This document shows, piece by piece, positions 52,034 through 64,000 of a stretch of DNA of 64,000 bases. Within the stretch, counting starts at the first letter, position 1. Each line of letters starts with the position of its first letter. Source of the DNA: the human T2T-CHM13v2.0 reference genome, Homo sapiens; the NCBI RefSeq assembly GCF_009914755.1, contig NC_060931.1, one strand, 5' to 3'. The notes beneath the pieces are model-generated. The model searched no databases, was not told where the DNA came from, and was given only the letters and a program-made list of their open reading frames with translations. A program made the position numbers and the translations under genes.

Positions 52034-54173
52034 TCAGATGAGGAACGTCTGCCGCTTGTGGACCAATGCTGCAGCAGCAAGGCACCCCTCCCCCTCCCCC
52101 GGGGCCAACCTGCCTGTGTCCACCTCAGCGGAGCTGATTCCATCAGCTGCAGTGAAACTCAGGCCCAAGTCCTTCTTAGTGGCTGCTGAAGATGAAGTTC
52201 CCACACTATGAAGTCCGATTCTGAATTCCACCTTGCCAGCCTCTTACTGGCATGTCCTTGGCACACTGGACCCCACATCCAGGCTGCACCATTCTCATTC
52301 CTCTCACCTTCAGCCCCTGAGACCCACGCTAGTCCCTGTGCTCTGCCCAAAGGCCAGCTTCTCTGTGGAGCCTCATCTAAGCCCTGCCCTGCCCTCCCCG
52401 ATGTGCCATCCACTGCCCCTAAGAACTCCCGTCTGAACAGCCCTGGCACCGGGGTTGGGGGGAGCTTCTGGAGGGCAGGGCCACTGACATCCAGAGTGAT
52501 ATCACCTTAGGAAGGTGTGATGCATTGCCGAAGACAGAATCCGCACGGAGCGGACCAGACTGTGAAGCACCGATGCCTGCCTGGGGTCGATAGTTAAGGC
52601 TGGCTGGATTGTAAGTATGTGTTATAAAGGAATTCACTTCACTTTGCCATTACGCTTTTCAAAATAAGCACGTTTGTCTGCTTTATGAGAGGCCAGAAGC
52701 CTGGGCAGCCCTTGCTCCAGCAGAGAGGCCTGTGACTAACGCAGAACGCTGCGGGCTATGGGGTCCAGGCATCGGCACAGAGTCCAGTTCTGAGCCGGGA
52801 TTCAAGAGAGGCTCACAAGAGAGGAGGGGAGCCTCTTCCTCCATGTGGACCCGCTACATATGAGACGTGAAACACAGACAGCAGCACAGCAGACACGACC
52901 CTGTTCTGACACTCACCAGCTTCACAAAGATGCCGAACAGGCAGAAGCAGGAGGACGTCACGGAAAGTCACCGTACCTCTGAATACAGAGGCGCCGCTAC
53001 TGAAATGACACGGGGCGCCTCTCCAACAGGCTGAAAGAAACAATGGCAGCTGAATGCCGTGTCTTAGAGGCTGTCAGGTGGAGGATGCTGAGGTCAAAGG
53101 GGGAAACTGCTCAGGACAGGAGCCCCCCATGAGCCTCACCCCACCATTCAGGGCTGAGTGCCAGAGACACACCCTCCGTGGCGCCCGAGAGGGAATGTTT
53201 GAAGAAACAGCCTGAACTCGGCCTGAAGGAAACGGCCGAGCATGGGAGGGGATTCCTGGCAATAAGCTCATAAACCACAGGCAGCCCCACAGGCCACCGG
53301 GTGAGGGTCTCTGCAGACTGGGAGCCAGCAAAAGCAAACAGTTTCTAAAGGATGATGAATTTCCTTTTCTTTGAAAGGAGCAATACAAAAATTGATCAGA
53401 AATATACTATTTAAGAAGAAACTACCAAGGAAATGAAGAATAAAAAGGATTTTTCTCTTCTGCCAGTTCAACTATGTGACTGAGCCACGGAGATTAAACG
53501 TAGCTACCAGTCATTTCTATGTACTTTGTGGTAGAGTAAGTGCCTCCTTGAGCAAAACCCACTTATTTTTAATATTCACTAATACCCTGTGCTCATACCC
53601 AAGGTCATAAATTAGCAGAATTCCCGGGAAAGCATTGCCTACGATAAAGAGGAGACGCTGAGTAATGAACAGCAGCTGCCCTTCTCATTCGGCATCAATA
53701 CCACGTGACGTTTGATGGGGACTAATGTGGGATTAACTACACGCCTATTCATTAGGTTTTGTATCATTTTGTATAAAATTAGCAAAATGAATGCCCTTTG
53801 AATTCTACCGCCAGGGTGATCTCCCCGCATTAATAACAGCAGCCTCAGGTCCTCAGGCCCTTGAGGGAACCAGACGCCAGCAGCCATTGGGCTTCCAGGC
53901 AGCTGGCAGGTGGCAGGTGCAGGCAGCACCCAGCACTCCCAGTAATTTCAACAGCAGGCTCTTGAGTTCTGTATGTTGGTAACACAGGCACCACCACACG
54001 TCCTTCCATAGGTGTCCGCCCATCACCACAGGGCGTTTGTGATGACACTATTAGGATTCCACATCATCTTTTAAAACACAAACCATAAGAAACTCCTTTT
54101 GAATTTGAAATTCTTCCCTGCTATCATGTCAGCCTGTCTACGTCTCACCTGAAACTCAGTAAGAGGCTCCTCT

Positions 54174-54342
54174 TCACCGTGCTAAGCACTCTCCCAAGGC
54201 CAATGGGCCAGTCACCGTGCTAAGCGCTCTCCCGAGGCTGATGGGCCAGTCACTGTGCTAAGCACTCTCCCAAGGCCAATGGGCGAGTCACCAGTCACCA
54301 ACCGTGCTAAGCGCTCTCCTGAGGCCGATGGGCCAGTCACCA
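54174..54342. repeat. 38-bp tandem repeat, 4 copies (ABAB)
   Basis: TCACCGTGCTAAGC(A/G)CTCTCCC(A/G)AGGC..ATGGGCCAG at 54174, 54212, 54250 and ~54300. Confidence 0.92.
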
Positions 54343-54404
54343 CACATGGGCATGTCCACTGCCTACCTGCAAGATCTTCACAGTCACAAAATTCTTTTTT
54401 ATAA

Positions 54405-54716
<312 letters not shown>

Positions 54717-56786
54717 AATCTGTTTCTTATATAGCATCAGGCACGTTCATGACACCATAGAATTATTCAAAATAATTCTTTAAAAATCATGCATGAATGT
54801 AAACAATTTTGCACACGTTCAAGAAGCAAGAAACATTCTGACTCACACAGCCACAGGAGTTAACATGGAGGCACTGGTGCAAGTTAGCAAATTCAGGTGT
54901 TTAGAAAGTTGTCAATATGAGACTCAAATGTACATTTCCTATGTGGCTCCCCCTTGGTGCAGCACTTCGATAAATAACATGAACACATTTGAAATGACTG
55001 AGAAACTAGCTTTCAAATAATCAACCTCATTTTCTCTAGAGAGCCATAAAATAAATCAAAGGTCCTTGTCTGTGAGTATATTGTTATGATTTTTAAAAAT
55101 ATAACAAGATTGCCATTCCTAGCATCCTTGAGGTCCTGCAAACCTAATTCCAGTGGCATTGCTCCCCAGTACTGGAGAAACTGCCAATCATGGGATAATT
55201 ATCAATGCATTTCTGCATAATACCTGATCACGGATTTGGTCTTAAATATCTCCAATAATCACTTCTGACAGGGAACTAGAGCAAGCGAAACAGATGCCAT
55301 GGAGGGAGGGAGCTCTGGCAGCCACGAGGCACTGAAGCCGTTGTTGGGACCCCCCATTCCTCTTGCGTGGGAGTGTTTGGTATGGATCCCACTGACTTTT
55401 CATGCTGGGACCGCACTGGACCGCCCAGCTGGAGTGAGGATGCTGGGCTGCTTTTCCGAGTTGTACCCCAGCTCCACAAGCCTCACAGCAAAGTATGGCA
55501 ACAAAGTGAGACTGGGGACTCAAGTCTCCACAAACCTTAAATCAGACTGCAGAAGTTTAGTACAACTTTGCAAAGCACTGTATTTCAACCACAAATTCTC
55601 AGCCCCCTAAATCACCACCTTGAGCAAAGGAGTTACTGAGGGCACGAGGATATCCCATAAGCAAAACCCGCAGCAGCCAAAACAGATAGGACCAGCAATT
55701 CGCTCCATCCCTTAGAACATGGTGGCTACTTCACACCTTGATTACTCTCACTGGAAAAAGAAACTTCAAGTTTACAGGGTGCCAGTACAGTGACGCCTCA
55801 ATCAACGAGAACTAAGTATTGAAATCCCGAAATAAACCAGAGTATTTTGCTGCATTTTACACTGGGAAAAAAAGACACAAATTTAAGCAAAAAAAAAAAA
55901 AAAAAAAGACAAGTTCATAGATTTAGCAATATAAAGGACTGGCTAAAACCAAGTGTCATTTCCCGCTGTGGCTGGGTCAGTGTGTTCCGTCCTGTCTTAT
56001 CAATGATACGGAACGGGAGCGCCCTGCCTGCGGAATGGCCCTAATGCACTGAAAACCATCAGGCTAAGGTTCTGTTATGCTTCCTGTATTTTTCTTACTA
56101 GGCAGGAAGATTAAACAATACACTCTACAAGAGTTTTCAACAAGTTTAAAAAAAAAAAAAAAAGGCAGGTTGAGGAAAATGCAACATTGTGTCCACCATC
56201 CCATTCTGTTCTTCAAGACTCTGGAGAGTAAAGCTTTGTGTTTTTCACTCAATGACAATTATTAATCATATAACAAAGATTACTCAAGCTCTATCTGTAA
56301 GTACATCTCAAAAATGTGTGATTCGCAATGCCCAGAACCCTGGGCTCTAAACAGTGAAACCGTCTGGAAGTCGGCCGGTTTTTACTGAAACCTCCCAGAT
56401 ACTTTGTGGTGTCTCTGCCCACCGCAGTCGGGAGCAGGGCCGGTGTGTGCTCCTGGTCTGGTACAAAATGAAAAACCTCAAAGCAAAATTGCACGTGCTC
56501 TGCACACACTGGGATTACTACAAACACCAAATCTTGCTTTTCCAAAAGCCGGATTTGTTCTCGGTCACTTGCAGCCCTGTGTCTCCTGCCTTCTATCTGA
56601 GCCAGTTCCACACATCAGGGCAGCCCAGTCCCTCTCCACACAGTGAAATCCCAGATGGTGCCCACGGATAGCCACATTGCCCTGTGACTGCCCCTCGTCC
56701 CCTCACTGCACACCAGATTTCCACGGAAACCGAGACCTTCCTCTGGGTTGCCCCATGTGGGTAGTGTGAGTCTCTCTCTGCCCTGG

Positions 56787-56852
56787 CTGTGCATGTGCGT
56801 GTTTGCGTGCGTGTGTGTGTGCACACACGTGTGTGTGCGTGTACGTGTGTGC
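56787..56852. repeat. Imperfect (TG/CG)n microsatellite
   Basis: Alternating purine-pyrimidine run GTGCATGTGCGTG...GTGTGTGCG. Confidence 0.85.
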
Positions 56853-59800
56853 GGAAACAGCCTCACCTGTGGCCTTCTCCACATCCTCAGTGGTCACGTT
56901 TTGGACATTGGCGCTCACTTTGAAGGTCACTGCTGGTCCGAGAACCCTGGAAGGGATAATTTAAAATAAGTTCATAACGAAGTCTACGCGCCACACCGCT
57001 TTTCTGAAAACGACATGGAAAACACTGGTGTGTTTTTAAAAACGCAAACATCCAAGGCCGCTGTGGCTCCAGGCGTCGACTCCACTGGACGTCGGTTTTC
57101 CTTCACACCATGACCTTTGTTTCCATTTGCCAGGAATTCCGTTTTTGGGCTTTGCTTTTCCAAAACACACATCACAGTGTAATATGCTATCCTAAAAAAT
57201 TCACATCAACCTCTGAACCCAGCAACAGCAAGCAGATATTCTTGCTAGAGAAAAAGAAAAGTTGTTATTGAAATAGATTTTAGTCTTTGGTCCCCAAGGG
57301 AGATGTATGAATCTAGAGCAGAGAGGAAAGAGACTAGTATTTTTTAAACTCTTTTGACAGGAACCATTTAAAAAACTACCAAAGTCATTAAGAACTACTC
57401 TGTATAAAAACAACTGGCAGGGAATTGCTAGACAGGAATTATCAAAATTGTTCAAAGCTTTTTAAATGCTATGTCAACCACAATTTTGAAAAAATACCTT
57501 ACTTTTTAAACCATTTAATTCATCTGAAGACCCCATATGCAGTAGAAACTGATTATTGTGCCTACAGCCATCTCAAAATGAATTAGGAATCCAGGGTCCA
57601 TTCCCAAAGACAGACAGACTGACCCCATGTCCACAGATGACAGCCATAGATAGCTCTTCCTGGAACAGACCCCTTAAATGTCTTCTAAGAAGTAAATCCC
57701 TGGAACAGACAGGAAATGCGAAGAGGACCCAATTTAGGTGGGAGAGGGCAGCTAAGACTGTTGCTTCCTGGTCCCTGGGAGGTGCCTGCACTGACATCTA
57801 AGCTGTGAAACTGGGTACCATGTAGCCCAGGGTCCCTTGCTGTCCCCACTGCAGCCACACACCCTCCACCACAGGCTCATCCCAAGGCAGCATATGACAC
57901 CCAGGCTGTGGATTTTGCACCCAAAATCCTTTCAACCTCACATGTATTTTTGATTCAGATATCTCTGCTCATGATACCTCAGTCCCAACCTCTGGTCTTC
58001 CTCCTTGGGATTTTTGCTCATTCTCCCAGCCAGGGCCAGCTCCTCCATGTGCAAGCCCTTGGTGAAGGGGACTGTCGTGCCATTACGAGGCAGCACAATT
58101 ACCATCCTAACACCATGGCTGAATATTCCATGTGGACGTCTTAGCATCACTTTGAACTCAACAAGGTCTCCCTTGAATCAGCGCCTGCTCTGAGGAGCAA
58201 ACAGCATTCTAACCTTACGAATATTCCCTTTGGCTTCCTTATGCCAGGAATATCCAGCTAGTCACCAAATTCTGCGGAAACCCTTGGAAAATGCACCATG
58301 TCCACCACTGCCTCTTGGTTCCCACTGTGATCTTCTAGTCCAAGCCTGTGCCCTGTCACAGCAGAGCTGAGTGACTTCCTGCGTCCAGCTCTACTGCATG
58401 CAAAATGTCCTTGGAAGCCGCCTCCAGGGATGACCATGGAGCAGGAGCTGGTGTCTTCTCGAGCCCAGGCCCCAGGCCTGTCTACGGTGCCTCGGCTGGG
58501 CCCTCTGCTGGTCCCCACTATGGGCCCTCAGAAAGGAGGAGGCCACTCCCTCCCTGGACTGCAGCTCTCCTGCCAACGATGTTCCACTCGCTCATGAGTG
58601 CTGAGTTCTACCCCCTCTCAAAGCCCTACTCCCGAGTGAGCACTGTGAGAGTGGCCGATTCTCCCTGTCTCCACAGTCTTCCAGAAGGGCCCTGAGTGCC
58701 TGATATTTAGTGCTCAAATGGCACACCAGACGTTTTATAGATGTTTTCCTTCTTCCCGAGCACAGGATGGGCTCTTTGAGGCATGCATGATGATTTCTGC
58801 CACGGCCTCACCCACGCAGGAGGTGATCAATTCATATTTGTGACCGGTTCAACATTTTGGTTGAATGGTTTTCTAAAATTAAGAGAAAGTCCTCATTAAC
58901 ACAAGCAGCACTCATGTACCCCCGAAACAACGCTGAGGACAGAGAGCTCAGCCACAGGGCTTCAAGCTTACACACGGCATCTGTGAAACTGTAATCTCGA
59001 CCACATCTGAAGATTCCCTGACAGATGGGACTGGAATATCCTAAACCTAATTTTTCCCTCACGTGCTGAAAGTTTTCTCTAAAGGCTGTGAGGAGGTTCT
59101 TGGTTCCTCAGAGTCCAAAGACCCAGACCCCTATGCTATGAAGAAGCATGTGACCCATCCATGGCCCCGTATTTCACGTGGGGGCCGCAGGAGAGGCCCA
59201 CACAGCCCGTGTCCTTTCTTGCACGCATGCCGAGCGTCACCATTGCGTGGGGCTGTGGTCATCACCAGGGAGTGCTCCTGACACCCTCGGGGTACATCTC
59301 GCAGGCGGTGAGCACCCAGTGACCGTCGCCGTCAGGCCCAGCGAGACCCAGGTGCCTGCGGTCACGGTGCACTGAGCCCTGGCTCTGGCCCTTGTGCTCT
59401 CAGGAACCCTGTGGGAGGACAGGGCATGAGGAGCTGTCTCCGGAGGAGACTCAGAGGGTCGGTAACGTGACCCCAACTGCATAACCTTCCCTAACTTGAA
59501 TACGTGCAGGCTCTTCCCTAAAACCCATAGTGGCTGCTCTGACGTGGGAAGAAGTCTCTATCCCGAGGCCCCACTACAGGTCTAACTCCATGAGTCACTG
59601 TTCTGTGGCCCTCCTGGGCCCTTCCGCTGGGCCTCAGTTTACTCAGCTGTCGAGTGTGGCAAGGCCCACAGGTCCTCTTGGACTTGCTTTGGCCTAGGAG
59701 ACCCTGGTTTTCAATAAACTCTGGTGGCCAGGCCCAGCGGGTCTGCAGTAAACAGGGGCAACACTGGGGGCTCCAGAGCTGAGCTGCTGGCTCTGCCCCC

Positions 59801-60216
59801 AGCACCATCAGCAGCAGAGATCCCTCCCCACAAGAAGAACTTGCCCTGGCATTTGTTACCAACCCCACCCACCACCCCCCACCCCGCCCGCCACGTCTGC
59901 TGTGCAGGTGGCAGATGGCTGAGTGCTGTGTGGTCCAGGTGAGAGGCTTCTGGGTAGGGAGTGAGGTCAGCCTTCCCACCAACTTCTTTCTAACCAGGGA
60001 GCCTTGGTTGTCTCTGCCATCTTGTTCAGCTTTCTGTCTCTTTAGACATTTGGGGAAAATTGAATAAATCCCATGTGCATATTGCCAGCATCAAAAGGGG
60101 AATTTCTGTACTAATCAGGAAATAAAAAGTAAAACAAAGATGCCTAGAGCCCTGCAGAGTCTCTTAGGAGCAAGTACTGCACCTAATATTACAGCTCTCG
60201 GGGAGAAAACACCCAG

Positions 60217-61664
60217 GACGCCCATCCACACCCACGACACTCATCCACATCCTCGACGCCCATCCACACCCACGACGCCCATCCACACCCACCACGCCCA
60301 TCCACACCCACGACACTCATCCACACCCACGATGCCCATCCACACAGATGCCCATACACTCCGACACTCATCCACACCCACGATGCCCATCCACACGGAT
60401 GCCCATACACTCCTACAATGCCCATCCACACCCACGATGCCCATCCACATCCTTGATGCCCATCCACACCCATGATGCCCATCCACATCCTCGACGCCCA
60501 TCCACACCCACCACGCCCATCCACACCCTCGACGCCCATCCACACCCACGACGCCCATCCACACCCACGACGCCCATCCACACGGATGCCCATACACTCC
60601 GACACCCATCCACACCCACGACGCCCATCCACACCCACGACACCCATCCACACCCATGACGCCCATCCACACAGATGCCCATCCACACCCACCACACCCA
60701 TCCACACCCAAGACGCCCATCCACACCCACCACACCCATCCACACCCTCGACGCCCATCCAGATAACCATCCACACCCACGACGCCCATCCACACCCTTG
60801 ACGCCCATCCACACAGATACCCATCCACACCCACGACACCCATCCACACCCATGACACCCATCCACACAGATACCCATCCACACCCACGATGCCCATCCA
60901 CACCCACGACGCCCATTCACACATGCCCATCCACACCCATGACGCCCATCCACACCCACGACGCCCATCCACACATGCCCATCCACACCCACGACGCCCA
61001 TCCACACCCATGACGCCCATCCACACAGATACCCATCCACACCCACGACGCCCATCCACACCCACGACACCCATCCGCACATGCCCATCCACACCCATGA
61101 CGCCCATCCACACCCACGACACCCATCCACACGGATGCCCATACACTCCGACACCCATCCACACCCACGACGCCCATCCACACCCATGACGCCCATCCAC
61201 ACAGATGCCCATCCACACCCATGACGCCCATCCACACCCACCACGCCCATCCACACCCTCGACGCCCATCCAGATACCCATCCACACCCACGACGCCCAT
61301 CCACACCCTCGACGCCCATCCACACAGATACCCATCCACACCCACGACGCCCATCCACACCCATGACACCCATCCACACAGATACCCATCCACACCCACG
61401 ACGCCCATCCACACCCACGACACCCATCCACACATGCCCATCCACACCCATGACGCCCATCCACACCCACGACGCCCATCCACACATGCCCATCCACACC
61501 CACGATGCCCATCCACACCCATGACGCCCATCCACACCCACGACGCCCATCCACACCTACGACGCCCATCCACACCCACGACGCCCATCCACACATGCCC
61601 ATCCACACCCATGACGCCCATCCACATACACGACGCCCATCCACACACACGACGCCCATCCACA
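60217..61664. repeat. 1.45-kb C-rich VNTR, 19-bp unit CCCATCCACACCCACGACG with 14-16-bp variants
   Basis: About 80 units, nearly all containing CCATCCA; variants CCCATCCACACAGAT(G/A), CCCATCCACACATG and CCCATACACTCCGACA. Confidence 0.98.
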
Positions 61665-61689
61665 TGGGTGTTTTCTCCGTCAGGCACAT

Positions 61690-62217
61690 TGTAACCACGT
61701 GTCCCGGCCTCACACACAGAGCACTTCCTTCCCATTCCTGCTTTGGCTTTGAAGCATACTGTGAAATTCTTCGTGGCTCCCTTCTCCACCAGGCGCTCCT
61801 TACACAGTGCTCACCTATCTAATTACAGACCTGCTTAGAAATTCCAGGGGCCAATTTTCAAACAGAACAGGCAGAGAGACTGAGCTGCAGAATCCTCCGC
61901 TGAGGGGGAGTTAGGAACAGGTAGCCCACCGCTCCCAGGCTGAAGCCACAATGATAGAAACCAGGCCTCTGCACGATGAGATAACCATCAGAACACACAC
62001 ACAGCCTGGCGTCCGCCTGCACCACTCCACACAGCTCCATGCCTTTTCCTCCTTAAACCCCTCACTCAGCCACAAAGGGGGAATGGTCTGTTAAAGGCAT
62101 GAGCCTGGCCATTCCCCAGCTGCCAGCGTTTGATTAATAACTGCTTTCCTCTGCCCACACCTCACTCTCATGTTTTCGGCCTCTGAGTGGCAAACAGCTG
62201 GACTTGAGCCAGTTACA
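61690..62217 (+). mobile_element. Old ERVL-class LTR (MER54/MER73/MER74 group)
   Basis: Begins TGTAACC, ends CAGCTGGACTTGAGCCAGTTACA; internal GCTTAGAAATTCCAGGGG and CCTTAAACCCCT. Subfamily uncertain. Confidence 0.65.
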
Positions 62218-62219
62218 AC

Positions 62220-62525
62220 ACTAGGAACACCAGTCAGCACTCAGCACTGTGCTGGGGCCATTTAAACAACAAAACCACCAACGAAAAGCACAAAAAATGT
62301 GGAAAATGTGGCACTCAATAGACCATAAAGAGGAGCCTTGTTTTACAGTATGAGCTGAAACGAGAAGGCGGAGCTGTCCTCTCCCACCTGAGCACAGGCA
62401 TGTCAGGCAACCTGAACTTTATGGCTGTGTGTGTGTGCAGGAATGACTTTGGCATAAGCATTGATTTGGGGGTTACAAATTAATTTGCAAATACAGAATC
62501 TGCGAATGAACAGGATCATCGACTG
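62220..62525 (-). mobile_element. MER82-like TcMar-Tigger remnant (a short extra piece at 61662-61689, split off by the LTR)
   Basis: TAGGAACAC...GGGGCCATTTAAACA...AAAAGCACAAAAAATG...GTGGCACT.AATAGACC...ATTGATTTGGGGGTTACAAAT...GCAAATACAGAATCTGCGAAT...GACTG. Confidence 0.7.
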
Positions 62526-63256
62526 CCTAGCATCTGTGTTGAAGCGCTTTCACACACATCAATAACCTTATTATCTTCTTCACATTTTTCAATTTTATAC
62601 TGTAGAGAGGATGGGAGCACTGGAGCTTACAAGGCTTGAGATCCAATTGTTTGTTTAACCGCCACTTCCTCGCGGGGCGATTTTGCACATTACATTATTT
62701 ACCCTGCAAAATCGGGGGAACAAGACAAACATTGCAGGGCATTGGAGGATCGGGCAGGATAGCTGACATGCGACAGGGTTCCCTCTGAACCAAAGCTGTC
62801 AGTCTGTGCCCTGCTCAGTCAGGAGGGGTCTGCTCCTCCTCCAAATTCTTCCATAAAATCCACTCTCTAAATTGACTATGGCTTGTGTGGGTTCACACAG
62901 TCCCCGCACGCTGTACTGCTTTCTCAGGGAGCCTGGTTGCTTTCCTTCGGGAATGACGTGGTTGATACAAGGGAGGGGACTGTCTCTTTCCCGACCCTGG
63001 ACCGTGCAGTGAAGATCTCATGAGGAATCTGTAAATGGCCACGTCAGGGTAGATCTTGAAAGTGTCGTCCCGATGGTCGTGCCAGGCACATCTACGGTAA
63101 GAAGCGTCTGATGCAAGAGCAGGAGGAGTTTCTGAGTCACTGTTCCTGGGAGAACCATCCACCTTTTGACAGTCAAATTCACTTACCGTGAAAGGTGACT
63201 TCTATTTAGGGTGGAAGAAATGCCAAAAAGGAATGCTGCCCACTCAGATGCAAACG

Positions 63257-64000
63257 CTTCCTCCCCTGACGAAGGAGGGAGTCTTCACACAAACCTTCCT
63301 CCCCTGACGAAGGAGGGAGTCTTCACACAAACCTTCCTCCCCTGATGAAGGAGGGAGTCTTCACACAAACCTTCCTCCCCTGACGAAGGAGGGAGTCTTC
63401 ACACAAACCTTCCTCCCCTGATGAAGGAGGGAGTCTTCACACAAACCTTCCTCCCCTGATGAAGGAGGGAGTCTTCACACAAACCTTCTTCCCCTGATGA
63501 AAGAGGGAGTCTTCACACACATCCTTCTTCCCCTGATGAAAGGGGGAGTCTTCACACAAACCCTTCCTCCCCTGATGAAAGAGGGAGTCTTCACACAAAC
63601 CTTCTTCCCCTGATGAAGGAGGGAGTCTTCACACAAACCTTCTTCCCCTGAGGAAAGGGGGAGTCTTCACACAAACCTTCTTCCCCTGATGAAAGAGGGA
63701 GTCTTCACACACATCCTTCTTCCCCTGATGAAAGAGGGAGTCTTCACACAAACCTTCTTCCCCTGATGAAAGAGGGAGTCTTCACACAAACCTTCTTCCC
63801 CTGAGGAAAGGGGGAGTCTTCACACAAACCTTCTTCCCCTGATGAAAGAGGGGGTCTTCACACACATCCTTCCTCCCCTGACAAAAGAGGGAGTCTTCAC
63901 ACAAACCTTCTTCCCCTGATGAAAGAGGGAGTCTTCTCACAAACCTTCTTCCCCTGATGAAAGAGGGAGTCTTCACACAAACCTTCTTCCCCTGATGAAA
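63257..64000. repeat. 38-bp VNTR, at least 19 copies, continues past the window end
   Basis: CTTC(C/T)TCCCCTGA(C/T)GAA(G/A)GAGGGAGTCTTCACACAAAC with period 38. Confidence 0.98.

Noticed and set aside
55889-56163. Two poly-A runs suggesting retrocopy tails
   Set aside because: No upstream Alu, L1 or mRNA body and no TSD recognisable.
57847-57860. 14-bp match (CACTGCAGCCACAC) to the 37-bp VNTR unit
   Set aside because: Short and isolated, with no extension into the flanks; plausibly chance.
60140-61822. 455- and 490-aa ORFs
   Set aside because: Stop-free frames of the 19-bp VNTR.
62893-63162. 89-aa ORF and nearby splice-like signals (possible plus-strand exon ~63010-63095)
   Set aside because: No recognisable protein similarity; isolated splice motifs occur by chance and no partner exons were found.

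Overview
Primate (human-like) genomic DNA, shown by AluJ/AluS/FLAM SINEs and THE1, LTR12 (ERV9) and LTR13 solo LTRs. It is GC-rich and very dense in minisatellites (about 19 tandem arrays, roughly 12 kb or a fifth of the window), as is typical of subtelomeric chromosome bands. I cannot support any protein-coding exon, RNA gene or processed pseudogene. The longest ORFs in the track are stop-free frames of tandem repeats, and others lie in LTR/Alu sequence. The window is a mosaic of old L1M/L2/MIR/MaLR/DNA-transposon fossils, three full-length solo LTRs (two with perfect target-site duplications), large VNTRs (CAT/CAC triplets, 37-bp, 15/18-bp, 19-bp, 38-bp) and several repeat-free islands rich in homeodomain/FOX/SOX motifs that look like distal enhancers. 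The best leads are structural: minisatellites seeded at transposon ends (including one built from an LTR poly(A) segment), a 1.45-kb VNTR bracketed by a perfect 14-bp inverted repeat, a dispersed ~110-150 bp duplication flanking the 2-kb G-rich VNTR, and an LTR12 with intact CCAAT boxes but altered TATA-like and poly(A) signals. I did not find a convincing new gene system. Repeat family names come from recalled consensus sequences, not from a database search.
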